A stretch of 64,000 nucleotides of DNA from Eledone cirrhosa. Taxonomy: Eukaryota. The first letter of the stretch is position 1; the number at the start of each line of letters is the position of its first letter. The DNA lies in contig OZ024743.1 of the NCBI GenBank assembly GCA_964016885.1, positions 300,762,001 through 300,826,000 on the forward strand, read 5' to 3'. Shown piece after piece: positions 1-13,324 of the stretch. The translations under genes were made by a program, and so were the position numbers. The notes under the pieces were generated by a model that was not told the origin of the DNA, did no database searches, and worked only from the letters and a program-made list of their open reading frames with translations.

Positions 1-478
1 AGGATGGGAGAAATTGATACATGGTAGCTATATGTTTATATTACAAATGCATAGGAGAGAACATGCATGATGGAAGCAGGGTAAGAAAATATTATACATG
101 TCAAAGCAATGAGGACATTTACTTACTAGTTTGGACAGTTTAGCTAGGTTAAAGAAATATATGTCGAAGGTGAATAATCCTTTTTGATTTTAAGGTCGGT
201 AGGGTGATTACATTCTGATAAGAATGTGCTATTGTTATCAATGTGCTATTTTTATGAATGTGCTAATAGAGTAAACTATACAAAATCCAGTTAAGTTAGC
301 CCAAGTGGATGTAAGCGTGAGCGCCTCTAAAGCACGAATGAGACACGTGATATTAAACTGGAAAGCTTTATGAAGCCTATGACATAAAAATATCGACTAT
401 ATTTATTTCCAACTTTAACATAACACCTAATTCCATTAACTGCAATATGTCTCGCATATCATTATTCGATATGTGCTA

Positions 479-662
479 GGCTGGTGAATTGGCAGTACCG
501 GTAGAAAGTCGTGTTTTGTAGCATAGATTTACGGCCGTTTACGGTCTGAGTTCAAATCCCACCGAAGTTAAAATGAAGCACCAGTAACGTACTGGGTCGA
601 TTTAATTGACTTTCCCTTCAGCCCAACTTACTGGTTTTGTGCCTATAGTAGAAATCATTATT
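479..662 (+). mobile_element. tRNA-derived SINE, internally deleted copy
   Basis: A-box-like TGGCAGTACCGG, B-box GAGTTCAAATCC, then body ...CCAGTAACGTACTGGGTCGAT...TTGTGCCTATAGTAGAAA shared with other copies in the window. Confidence 0.7.
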
Positions 663-1421
663 CAATATGAGCACTTTTAAAGAATGTGTTATAAGTATTG
701 GGGATGAAGGTATTAATAATCCTTGTAGATTGAACGACCACTCAGAAATCGCATGCTGCTTTGTTAAATTTGTATCTAATATAAAAAAAACACTTGGAAT
801 AATGTTTAGGTTCTGAGTTCAAGTCCCGATTGAGGGCGAATTTGAAAATGGATTTTTTTTTTTTTTTGACATAATTGTTATATAGGTACCGCAATTACAT
901 TGTGTGAAGTAAACACATCTTCCAATGTATTATATCTACGATAATTACTAATCGCCTTTGGCTATATGATTTTTAATAGAGGAAAACGAAAGAGATGAAA
1001 ATCCCTCAGACAATATTAATGTAACCTATCTAAAATACATATGTACATATAAATATGTACATTCTAAAATACAGAGTAAGCTCATTAAACATATTCTGGA
1101 TGTTATAGATAAAGTTATGAAATCATGATTCTTTGATATTGAAAAGGAAATATAAAGATAATAATAGAAGAATAAATAAGCAAAAATATATATTAAAATA
1201 TAAACATGACGCACGGGGCTTTAATAATATAGTGTAGAAAAACATATAGTATTATGAAAATAAATCCAGGTGATCTTTATCTGAACATTTCCGAGCACCA
1301 TAAATAAAATTCCATTGACCGGAAAACACATGTAAGTCGAAGGTTGGATCCATAGGAAATAAAGATCTTGGAACGTTTTATCTATAGATATTACTACATG
1401 GTTTTGTTATTTTCATCAGCC

Positions 1422-1468
<47 letters not shown>

Positions 1469-1472
<4 letters not shown>

Positions 1473-2165
1473 TAAGTGAGGGTTTTTTTACAAATTGAAA
1501 ATTAACCGAGGTGTCCTACACGAGTGAAAGTATAAAGAAAAAGAGATGAAATCGAAAATGCATATCTTTGCTGTCTTTATTCAATAGAAAATCTGAATTC
1601 TGACACCCCAGCGAACTAACAATATTCACTGAACCAGAACAATTCTCCCATCCCTTTCTCTTGACCATTATCTTTCACTTATCATAAAATTCTCTAAAAA
1701 GGCTACAGAATGGATTTCCAAATAAGGGCACGAAAATTTAATGAAAACTTGGTCACGTGACAGCCATAATTTCATTTATAACCAAGCCCAAAAAAGCCTT
1801 CGTGAGCCCCTTTTTTCAAGTAAAAAGAAATTCAAACACCCATATATGAAAAAACAACCTGTGACAACCCCCCCCCCCCCTTTATTTGAAGAACTATTGT
1901 AACGCGAACTGGCGCGAAATCTATTATAATTATTGACAAACCAATCAAATTACTTCTCGAAAAACCTGGCATTTCGAGCCACTTTTTCCATTTAAAACAA
2001 GTAACATTCAGAGACCAACCAGATGTGAGAAAAACCACAGACCCTCCATCTCAACTCACCTTTTGAAAAGCAGAAGAACTGCGAAACCGGTAAAGGAACC
2101 AAATAAATATATATATTTTAAAAAAAAATAAGACTCCAGTGGCATTTTCGATTTCATCTCTTTTT

Positions 2166-2170
<5 letters not shown>
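1469..2170 (+). mobile_element. Solo PLE 3' tail (pLTR-like) with HHR and a short inverted tail fragment, inserted in (TA)n
   Basis: 1590-2170 closely matches 52180-52770, the tail of the PLE at 49.7-52.8 kb; 1538-1561 is the reverse complement of 2142-2165; (TA)n on both sides. Confidence 0.75.
2059..2096 (+). ncRNA. Type I hammerhead motif, U3-A8 variant (family A)
   Basis: cctt-TTGAAAA-gcag aagaa ctgc-GAAA-CCGG-TA^aagg; stems I and II pair; stem III is the palindrome ACCGGT; second copy near 52655-52692 with weaker stem I. Confidence 0.7.
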
Positions 2171-2210
<40 letters not shown>

Positions 2211-2553
2211 TCAAAATGTTAACAAATGAAAAATATTCGCATAATCAAAATATATACTTTATTATATATATTTCAAAGGTACTGTGTTGTTTTTTCAGAA
2301 CGTCCTCATTAGACAAAATATATGAGTTGATATATGACATACCGCTACGGTCTTGATTATTCAATTCACATATTGGCAATATGACTGCCAATATATGAAT
2401 TGAATAATCAAGACCGTAGCGGTATGTCATATATCAAATCATATAGTTTGTCTGATGAGGACGTACTGGGAAAACAACACAGTACCTTTGAAATATATAT
2501 AATAAAGTATATATTTTGATTATGCGAATATTTTTCATTTGTTAACATTTTGA
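2211..2553. repeat. 343-bp near-perfect palindrome (foldback) with mirrored HHRs
   Basis: Arms are reverse complements around centre ttggcaatatgactgccaa (~2382); abuts (TA)n. Confidence 0.9.
2447..2506 (+). ncRNA. Type I hammerhead motif, intact core (family B)
   Basis: tttgt-CTGATGA-ggacgtactg...cagtaccttt-GAAA-tatata-TA^ataaa; mirror copy 2258-2317(-) has CTAATGA. Confidence 0.75.
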
Positions 2554-2661
2554 ATAATATTAAAATTCCAGGAAAACTTTATTGTTGAGTGCTTCTAATC
2601 TATTGTAAAACTATATTCGTTGAGTAATCAACGAACCATATTATTCTGTGGTTATATATAT

Positions 2662-2769
<108 letters not shown>

Positions 2770-3511
2770 ACGGATTTAGCCTCGAGCATAGCTGTATACA
2801 GATATGTATTGGAACTTCGTATTTATAAGAAATAAGGTTTGTTTATAAATACACATTTAGAAAGCCGTAGCTATCAAACAATTCCGGAGGCTATCGCCAA
2901 CTGGCTGTCTCCAGTTGTGTGTCTCCAGTTGTGTGAGTATGTGTATATATAAATACAAATATATTTTATGTCCAATGTCTCTATAATATCTATCCTCAAA
3001 TATTCTCAAGTATAGTTGAAGAAAATGTCTACTGATTTAACGTAGTAACATTTCACCTATACAAGTATTCACTTTATGTTAGGTGGTTTCACTATTAGAT
3101 TGTTCGATTCATTCCAACTGGCAGACGGCAACGCGTTATGAAAGTAGTAACGTTATGCGTATAATCCTACATAGATGTGGTATCTCTTGTTTTTGGTACA
3201 TGTACGGAGTTAAATATTTCAATGAAAATAGGCCTGATACTAATATGTTCCTGTAATGCTGCACACTTATATCATATGTATTTATAAGGCAAACTAATGC
3301 CAACAGACCATCATGCAAGACAGTCGTCTATGTCATCAAATGTAATGAACATACAAGATTTAGTTCAGTAATCCCTACTGTTTTACAGCAGAACATAAAC
3401 AAATTGCTACGGAGGTGGCCAGATTAGCGATACAATCACTACGACTAACTGTCTATATGCATGTATATATATATATATATTTGCCTAACTCTCACACATA
3501 TATATTTACAA

Positions 3512-3557
<46 letters not shown>

Positions 3558-3803
3558 ATGTGTGTGTACGCGTGTGTGTTTGTGTGTGTGTATTTGTGTG
3601 TTTGTGTCTGTGTATGTGTGTGTGTTTTTGCGTATGTGTGTATATAAAGAATGATGTACACATCCACGGCGGTACTATAAAATAGTTTATAAAATAGGGA
3701 TAATATCCTTTTAATGACGAAAAAGTAGTTGCCACTGGATATATAATATTTATATATATATATGTGTGTATCTGTAAGTGCCTGTGTATGTGTGTGTGTG
3801 TGT

Positions 3804-3863
<60 letters not shown>

Positions 3864-4379
3864 AAGTGTTTGCATGTGTCTGTATCTGTATGTATGCACG
3901 TGAGTGTGTATATATATATATATATATATAAATATATATATATATAGAGAGAGAAAAGGTGAAGTTGGAAATAGCACAGAAAATATATTTAAGGGACTGT
4001 TCTTCTTTTTTTTATCCTTTCTTTGATTCGTGAAAGTGACATTATTGAAAAGATGACATTAATGAAAAGATGAGAGGGAAATTCTTTAAAAAAAAGTATT
4101 ATAAAGTATATAAAGTATATAAAGTAAGTGTGTGTATGCGTGTGTAAGTGTCTGTGTGGGTGTTTTTGTGCCTGTCTGCACAGTCAAGATTAATCCGCTA
4201 CAATCACTGTGTACATATCGATCTTTTTTCGTAAAACATATTTAGTGATATAATTTATATCTCATAAACGATAAATATTCACCGCTAAATTCATGTTGAA
4301 AACATTTCTTCTTTATTGTTCTGTATATATTATATTATTTGATAACCATTTTAGATGCAATATTTAATATATTTCCTAC

Positions 4380-4591
4380 CTCTGATTTAACAACTTCTCC
4401 GCAAGGCCGCAGGAAACAAATTCTGGTTTGTTGTACATCTTCACACTCAAGATTATCGTTGGTCATTCGAACTGACATACCGACACCGCAACTGGCAGAA
4501 CAGGCTGACCATTTTGATTTTACAATTGCACAAGGTGGACGGATGGGAGATGTCGTAGTTAACGGTAGCTGCGTCAATGTTGAAGGTCTGG
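4380..4591 (-). CDS. Internal exon encoding the TSP1 domain of a CCN-family (CTGF/CYR61/WISP-like) protein
   Basis: Translation ...PCAIVKSKWSACSASCGVGMSVRMTNDNLECEDVQQTRICFLRPCGEVVKSE fits the CCN TSP1 pattern WSxCSxSCGxGxSxRxTNxNxxC...RxCxxRPC; acceptor ttttattctcttctgcag (phase 1) and donor GAG|gtagga (phase 0), the phases known for the CCN TSP1 exon. Confidence 0.88.
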
Positions 4592-4912
4592 CTGCAGAAG
4601 AGAATAAAATGTTCAAGAAAGATGATTTAATCATCTATGATGATGATGATGCACATTAAGCAGGGTACAATACAAAAGTGTGGTTTTATAGAAAACGCGT
4701 TATCAATCACGTAATGAAAAAAAGAAAAAAAGAGATAACAATCAAATTCAATCTTGCAACATAACATGGTCACCCTGACATCTCGTGCCTTCTCCCTTTT
4801 GCCTTCATCCAGTCATGTCAGATGTCCCTGTGAGTACACGGGAGAAATATCAGAATAACCAGAGTGAAAGTTGGCGTTAATAAATATTATTCATATAAAT
4901 ATATATATATAA

Positions 4913-4958
<46 letters not shown>

Positions 4959-4987
4959 ATTGTTCTATATTTTTGAGACGAGGAATT

Positions 4988-5200
4988 ATTTACATGATAT
5001 ATATTGGACGGATAGGTGTCCTCATCTTGTTTTGTTGTTAACGTTTCGGCTGATGTACTCTCCAGCCTTCATCAAATGTCCTACTGATGTTATTATTAAC
5101 GTTTGTTCAGGTCACTGCCTAGAATTCTAGGCAGTGACTTGAAAACATGTTAATAATAACATCACTAAGACACCTAACCGTCCAATGTATATAATGTATA
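4988..5200. repeat. Small foldback element with a decayed HHR (family C, 5039-5075 on -)
   Basis: Palindrome centred on ctagaattctag (~5124); minus strand TTGATGA-A-ggctg...cagcc-GAAACGTT, stem I partner missing. Confidence 0.65.
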
Positions 5201-5235
5201 TATTTATAAATATATATATATATATATATATACAT

Positions 5236-5330
<95 letters not shown>

Positions 5331-5334
<4 letters not shown>

Positions 5335-6685
5335 GAAGAGAGAAGAAACATTTAGATATAATTAGTAATAAAATGTATCATACCTAAACTGCTCCTAGAT
5401 TCCTCGACTACGTAGTTTCGTGGCATAAAAAAAAACAATACATCATAAAGATATAGAGTCCTTGCGAGGTCTGCCGACTTATCAGGAGGATAACTCATTT
5501 TACTAGTCTCAAGAACGCGTCTACACAACGTGAGAAAGAATTTCAAAAGGTGGAGGGGGAGATAGTCACGCGATATAACGGTCGAGAAACAGAGCTAAGC
5601 CTCTTATAACCCCGAAGAAAATACCACGGAGGCGGAGGGGGTATTTATATCGAAGCCGTAGAAGAGGTGGTGAAGGAGGCGAGAGGTATGAGTAATGGAA
5701 GCTTTCCAGCAGTCCCCACACCTCAAAGATTGCTCGACCAGAGGGAGTTATTAACAATATATTTAGAAACATCCTCTTGATAAGTCGGCAGACCTCGCAA
5801 GGACTCTATATCTTTATGATGTATTGTTTTTGTTTATGCCACGAAACTACGTAGTCGAGGAATCTAGGAGCAGTTTAGGTATGATACATTTTATTACTAA
5901 TTATATCTAAATGTTTCTTCTCTCTTCATAATGTATTTTTAACTCTGATACTGGTTCAGTCTAGTTCAACCGGATTGGTCTGTCCCAGACATTCATTGAG
6001 CAACATCGGTGAAGTTGGCACCCTTAACTCACGGTTGGGCGCGGATGCATTCATGTATATGTGTGTGTCCGCATGTATCTGTGTGTTTCTAAATATATTG
6101 TTAATAACTCCCTCTGGTCGAGCAATCTTTGAGGTGTGGGGACTGCTGGAAAGCTTCCATTACTCATACTTCTCGTCCCCTTCACCACCTCTTCTACGGC
6201 TTCGATATAAATACCCCCTCCGCCTCCGTGGTATTTTCTTCGGGGTTATAAGAGGCTTAGCTCTGTTTCTCGACCGTTATATCGCGTGACTATCTCCCCC
6301 TCCGCCTTTTGGGATTCTTTCTCACGTCGTGTAGACGCGTTCTTGAGACTAGTAAAATGAGGTATCTTCTTGATAAGTCGGTAGACCTCGCAAGGACTCT
6401 ATATCTTTATGATGTATTGTTTTTGTTTATGCAATGAAACTACGTAGTCGAGGAATCTAGGAGCAGTTTAGGTATGATACATTTTATTACTAATTATATC
6501 TAAATGTTTCTTCTCTCTTCATAATGTATTTTTAACTCTGATACTGGTTCAGTCTAGTTCAACCGGATTGGTCTGTCCCAGACATTCATTGAGCAACATC
6601 GGTGAAGTTGGCACCCTTAACTCACGGTTGGGTGCGGATGCATTCATGTATATGTGTGTGTCCGCATGTATCTCTGTGTTTCTAA

Positions 6686-6690
<5 letters not shown>
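5331..6690. mobile_element. ORF-less HHR repeat (family D): about 1.5 direct units of ~593 bp plus an inverted partial unit, in (TA)n
   Basis: 5772-6097 repeats at 6365-6690; 5331-5771 is the reverse complement of ~6081-6523; HHRs at 5401-5490(-), 5772-5861(+), 6365-6454(+). Confidence 0.85.
5772..5861 (+). ncRNA. Type I hammerhead motif, U3-A8 variant with long stem II loop (family D)
   Basis: tcctc-TTGATAA-gtcggca...tgccac-GAAAC-tacgta-GTC^gagga; stem III palindrome ACTACGTAGT. Confidence 0.75.
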
Positions 6691-6720
<30 letters not shown>

Positions 6721-6724
<4 letters not shown>

Positions 6725-7685
6725 GGAAAAGAATGAAACGAAATTCCATTCCTTACTCTTATTACGGCTGGTACTTAAATGTGAGTGTGTATGTATACGT
6801 ACATACTTATATGTATACAGACGTACAGTTATTTATATATATATATATACATAAATGCAGAAATATATATATATATATATGTACGTATGGGTTTACCGAA
6901 CATTTATTATAATATTCGGTTTGTTTGTTTGAAAACAAAAAAAAAAAAAGCCCGAATTATGCCGTACTGTGTTCAGGCAACCATCGTCACCTTTTTGTTC
7001 AACACTGACACAGGCACGATGTACTAGTTCCAAGCTATCGTCAGTATCGTATACCTTTCTGTCAGATGGTTAAACGTCTGAAAGTATATACTTTCCTGAT
7101 GCATATTAACTGCTGAACAGCCTAATTTGCATATCGAGTGAGTTAGTCGGCCGGGCGCACCAAAAACGATAAATGGAAAAGAATGAAACGAAATTTCATT
7201 TATCACTCTTAGTACGGCTGGTACTTAAATGTAAGTATTTATGTATACATACATATATGTATACAAACGTACATTAGAATGTATACATATACCTACATGT
7301 ACATATATATACATGTACGTATGGGTTTACCGAACATTATTATAATGCTCGGTTTGTTTGTACACAAAAAAACAGCCCGAATTATGCCGTACATCGTTCA
7401 GGCAACCATCGTCACCTTTTTGTTCAACACTGACACAGGCACGATGTACTAGTTTCAAGCGTATTAGCTATCGTCAGCATCGTATACCTTTCTGTCAGAT
7501 GGTTGAACGTCTGAAAGTATATACTTTCCTCATGCATATTAACGATTGAGCCGCCTAATTTACATATCGAGTGAGTTAGTCGACCGGGCGCACCGAAAGC
7601 GATAAATGGAAAAGAATGAAACGAAATTTCATTTCTCACTCTTAGTACGGCTGGTACTTACATTTAAGTATGTATGTATACGCAT
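6721..7685 (-). mobile_element. ORF-less tandem HHR repeat (family E), ~435-450 bp units, retrozyme-like
   Basis: aaatggaaaagaatgaaacgaaatt recurs at ~6721, 7171, 7605; one HHR per unit; related copies at 17645-17775 and 58438-59175. Confidence 0.8.
7441..7483 (-). ncRNA. Type I hammerhead motif, intact core (family E)
   Basis: acgatg-CTGACGA-tagc taatac gctt-GAAAC-TA-GTA^catcgt; 6-bp stem I; palindromic stem III ACTAGT; decayed copy 7016-7050. Confidence 0.85.
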
Positions 7686-7741
7686 ATATATATATATATA
7701 TATATATGCGTTTGTGTGTGTGTGTATGTCTGCGGGTATAT

Positions 7742-7814
7742 ACGTGTGTGTGTGTGCGTGTGTGTGTGCGTGTGTGTGTGAGTGTATGTGTGTGTGTGTG
7801 TGTATGTGTGTGTG

Positions 7815-7900
<86 letters not shown>
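7742..7900. repeat. (GT)n microsatellite
   Basis: Visible dinucleotide run. Confidence 0.97.
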
Positions 7901-7902
<2 letters not shown>

Positions 7903-8269
7903 CGGGCATATGTGTGTGTACATATGTGTTACTTCATACAGAAATGAGTTTTATTTCAGAAGAGGAAAATGATGACAAATCATGAACGGCGTAGATACAT
8001 ACACGAACTTATTTATGTTCCCTGGGAGAAAGACTTCACTCCCTGACTCAAAATCTCATTGGCTCATTTGTTGCTCTTTTTATGTAGCTAATCATAATAT
8101 AAATACTATTAAGATATATATACTTCAATTTAGCATTTCCACCTTGCTGCTAATTACTACTTACGTTCAACATATTTTAGAGAACAACATTTGATTTTGA
8201 AGAAATGGGCATATCTTCTTGCAACAGTCAATATATAGTTATAGTCTCGAAGTTTGACGCCGAGGGCTG

Positions 8270-9013
8270 CATGGCTGGAATGAAAAGCAGCGCTGTAAAA
8301 ACTGAGGCACATGTCCTCTACAGGAAGCCTGCGCAGTTTATTTTGCATATGAATATAGTTCCACTAAAGTAAATGAAGAGATTCACGTACATCGGGGCTG
8401 TTTTCAGAATTAAGTACACGAAGTGGATGCGCTGGTGCAGTAATGTACCAGCTTCACCATTCGATCATCAGAAGAAGGGAGGTACGTATAAAAGCCAAAC
8501 ACGCGATCTTTAATTCAGTATTCGTGCCAACCCTTGATAATGAATCTTAAGTAATGACCGAAGATATAAGATCGCGAATAAAAGCGGCCGAAAGGGGCTT
8601 CCTCCGAAGAGTCTTTGGAGTAACATTTCTCGATAAAGTCCGTAGCTCTTTGGAGAAGTAACTGCTCAGTTTGAGCAGTTACTTCTCCAAATTAAGAGAT
8701 CAATGTTCTGATACTATGAATATTCGGTTTGAATGTCTATGAAATTATCGCTGTACAGATGAGACCCAGTGTTACACCTTGATCATGATGGATTGATAAC
8801 ATCAATGAGCCTGTTTCGTCTCGTTTGAGGATCCTACCGAATTTGTTTGAGTCACTTGTTTCTGATAGGGCACGCCCGAAGTGTGGCAGGACTCTACCCC
8901 CACAACATCGAAGAAGAAGAAGAAGAAGAAGAAGAAGAAGAAGAAGAAGAAGAAGAAGAAGAAGAAGAAGAAGAAGAAGAAGAAGAAGAAGAAGAAGAAG
9001 AAGAAGAAGAAGA
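8270..9013 (+). mobile_element. Decayed RTE-clade LINE 3' fragment followed by (GAA)n
   Basis: Translation KAKHAIFNSVFVPTL..ES*VMTEDIRSRIKAAERGFLRRVFGVTFLDKVRSS resembles the RTE post-RT region; (GAA)n at 8910-9013. Confidence 0.7.
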
Positions 9014-11379
9014 ACCGCATACGTAATAAATTCATTACAACACTTAATCTGTAATGTTATAGCATAATTTCACACATAAATCTATGTAAGCATAGTGGTT
9101 CATTTTTGTAAGATTCACGTCATCAAATCCTTTCTCTGATATATACAGAATTGTACAGATGTTACGAGGCCGTTCTTCCATTAAACCGTTCTTCTAACAT
9201 ATGCATGCACAATCAATGAACATAGTACTTATATTTTTACAGTAGAATAATCAATGTTTACATCCCAGCAATTTATTCTATTGCTTTTGAGACTCTCTAA
9301 AGATATTTTATTGTTATTCTCTGACTCGAGGGATTTGTAGTGTTTTCTTTGCAACCTTTGAAGATAATGGTTCGTCCATTAGAAGTTAGATTTAGCTTGA
9401 AGAATTGTCATGTAAAATTAATATATAGTATCCGATCGGTTTTGCTATTTTACTTGGAAACAGATGCATTGGACCACAGAGTAAACAGATTAGATGCTCT
9501 GTGCCAACTATTTTCACAGATTCAAATTATGCCTTGGACAGACAGTAAATAATGAGAAAGTAGTATAATAGGATTTATTAATACAATTATCCACGATTAG
9601 AGCATGTAGAAAAGTCTTGTGCCATGTGCATATATAAAATGTAACAAGTCCTGTGTTTAAAGTTTCGCTTTCTACAAGTTAACAATGATAACATAAAACC
9701 TGGTGTAATTACTGGCAATCAAATTTACTATGAATTCTTCTTGCCCGACGAATTGTTCGTTCTGAATAGTTACTATGAAGTCACGGCATTTATATTGTGA
9801 TGGTTACTGCTAAAATATGATACAAAGAGATAAAGTGTTATTTCATTTGATGTGAATAACACCAGAGCAACTATATTACTAACAGAAATCGGTTATCTGT
9901 ATGAGTGAAATCGGATAGATGTTATGTTTAATGATACTTCATGTCATACAATTCTGTATACTATATGTTTGGATTTGTTTATTTTTTGATTTTGATTAAA
10001 TATACAATTTGTTGTCCATCGGCAAATGTAATGCTTTCATTCAAAATATTACGATTCATAGGAAAATAAATATTGATTGACATTTTAATAATATGCGAAG
10101 TGCTTTGACGTGTGTGTAATTTGTAATTGATGTACATGTTAACGTAGCATTATACGAAGAATGAAATACATAATTTCCGCGCATCTATTAATGATGCTTA
10201 GCGTAGAATATAGCGAATGATTGAGAAATCTTATGTTACATCTTATTAATTTGAAGACACAAAATGATAATATAAACACGTTTTGTGAAGCTGAAGTAAA
10301 TACTTATATAAGCGGCTCATTTCTCCTGTTGATACAAAAGGCTATAGCTATTATATGACGTAGCAGAGAAAGGAAGCAGAATGTGTAATGTTATGATAAT
10401 TTGATATTTCCCTGCCATGTGTTTATATGTTCGAACTAATCCAAGTAGTCCTTAAATAAAAAAAATTGTTATTGTAAATTAAGCTTGATTATTTTCTTTA
10501 TGGAGATTACCAATGTAAAATTGGTCTATAATAATCAGAAAAGGTAGAGAAGCCATTAAAAGTGGAGATAAGAAAACAAAATAGAAATACGTAGTATCAT
10601 CGGAATAAACATTAGGTCGAGCAAAAAACATAATCTATTGCAGTAATATTGAATAAATGAAGATTTAGAAAGTTTCAACAAATAAAAATGATTAACAAAT
10701 TCATGACATTGAATGCAAAAGAGAATCAACATTTTGATATAATTTAAAGCTTGTCGATTATATATTACTTGACAGGGTGGGGCTTCTTTATATCCTATGC
10801 TATTTGCCAACGTTAAATGATTTACAACAATGAAATAGTGTCTCTCTATAGAGCAGAACGAAGCAAACTGACCAAATTTCATTTGCAGTTCGGTATCAGA
10901 CTTGGGGTAATTCATGTCACACAATATTATTATTATGATACTTCAAACGAAATACTTGTCATAAAAATACCGAAATATGTGTTTCAATGGAAAACAAAAT
11001 AAAAACGATAATAATAAAAAGAATAAATAGATAAACAAAAAAAGAGAGATACAGTGAATTCCAAATAATATGTATAGCAGAAAATTTCACGCGATATATA
11101 ATAATTAGCTAATGCCGTTGTTCTGTCATATATTCAATAAGGACGTATGAAAGGCGCATCGATAACGACGCAATGTCAATGGCTACGTAAATTTAGATCA
11201 ATAATAGAATAATCTATATCTATAGCCGCTCACCTTCTGCTCTACAATAAGCTGCTTTTTTTCTCTGGGAAAATATATTCAACGAGTATTTACGTATGAA
11301 TATATATTTTGTATGAGACAAGCACAGAGCAAATATATACAAACACATACATGCACACGCAAACATATTCACACATGCT

Positions 11380-11450
<71 letters not shown>

Positions 11451-12029
11451 GAGGAGGTTATAGTTCACTTGAAGCATTGTGTAATGAGGTATTAACGTTA
11501 GAATCTGTGTAATAAGGCCAAGACAATGCAGATATGGACATAGAAAAAAGAATGCAATAGTGAGAGATATTGATGAGAATTCGTCTTTCACCTTGAATTT
11601 ATTTAAATGTCCTTAATTTTCGAGATAACTTCGTCGGAGCTACTGACATGTCCGGGGAAAGGTGGAGAGTAGAGGCTTGAGGACCTGGGAGAGAAGCCAG
11701 GAAATTTTGTATAGGGGTCCTTCTATGCTAGAGACGATGGGTCTTATATGCGTCTTAGTGCTATTCTTGGGGTCTTGATGAGGTGGTAGAAAGTGGGCAG
11801 TCTGCTATTTCTAGTGGTGTAGTTGAGTTTAATTTTATTCGGGAGTTGTCTTCTCCTACAGATATCGAACCAAATGGAGTTGGTCTGCTTTTCGATTTGG
11901 GCTGCAGTCATGTCCGGGATCACTGTGTACAGTTCACTGTCGCTTAGGTGTTCGAAGGCTAGGTTATTGTATGTGGCTTGAGAGATGACGCAGAACTCTT
12001 TACCTTTGTCGGATGGTAAGTAAATAAGT

Positions 12030-13324
12030 TCCCCGGACATGTCAGTAGCTCCGACGAGGTTATACGTAGATTACACCAAATCCAGCCAGAACAACTTAAA
12101 CTTAATAAATACGCTTTTAGCCTCGACGTTGTCTCCCTCTACACTACAGTCCCCGCTCACCCAGCTGTCGATTTATTGACGGACTGCGTGGTCGCAGAGA
12201 ACATCCACTGCTACGGCCTCCACCCGACGGACATACACCAACTTTTGTCCTTCACAGTAGACAACACGTACTTCACCTTCCACCACCACACATACAGACA
12301 GACAACAGGATTACCCATGGGATCCAGCCTATCGGGCCTGCTGGCCATCACTTACATGAACCAGCTAGAATGCCGAGCCCTCGACACCTGCCATTCCCAT
12401 GCCTTCTTCACCCGATATGTAGATGACATACTCATCCTTACATCATCCCGTGAAGAGGCAGATAAAATATACACAACATTCTCCAGCATGGACGCCAGTA
12501 TAAAGTTCAGCATAGAACACCCCGATGACCGCGGATCCCTATCCCTGCTGGACTTCCAACTCAGGGTAACAGAGGAAGGCAACATCCACACCTGCTTCTA
12601 TAAAAAATCCGCCAGCAGGGACCTGTTCGTACATTTCAGATCGGCCCTCCCACTCGGTGCCAAGTTCGGATACATAAAGAACGAACTGGCACGTATCAAG
12701 AACAAATGCACCGACGCCAGAGACCGAGACACACACACCACACATTTCCTGGAAGTACTCAAACTGAACGGATACACGACATCCACCACAAACCGTGCCA
12801 GAAAGAACAGAGGACACCACACCCGAGGCACTAACACTTGCTTCCTGAAGCTCCCACACTTCAGTGAAGAAACAACAACAGCCATCCGCAGAGCCATCAG
12901 ACGAGAAGGTCTGGATATTCAACTGGCCCATTCGGGTCCTTCTTTGCGTGGACGGCTAGCTAAGAGACACTCCACCAGACATGACAACTGCTGCAGACTA
13001 GCCAACTGCCCCATCAACGACACAGACCTATGCCACCAGGCTTACGTAGTTTACAGACTAGAGTGTGACAAATGCAACAACTTCTACGTAGGTAGCACCA
13101 CCAGACCACTCCACATAAGAATAAAAGAACACCTCAATACTAACGCTTCCTCATTTAAGAAACACCTAGTTAAATGCAAAAACACTGATAAAAACATAAC
13201 AGTTAGGATAGAAACTAAAGAAAGAAACCTCGGCAATCTTAGAATCAAGGAAGCACTCATTATAGATAGAATACATCCACCAATCAATAATAGACTAGAG
13301 CTCAACACCCAATTTATAACCTGA
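12030..13324 (+). CDS. PLE reverse transcriptase core plus GIY-YIG endonuclease (5'-truncated, open)
   Basis: SLDVVSLYTTVP, QTTGLPMGSSLS, RYVDD, LSLLD, VVYRLECDKCNNFYVGST, RIKEH, KEAL, INNRLE. Confidence 0.92.

Noticed and set aside
483-565. A-box/B-box sequence as a tRNA gene
   Set aside because: No cloverleaf; it is the head of a multi-copy SINE
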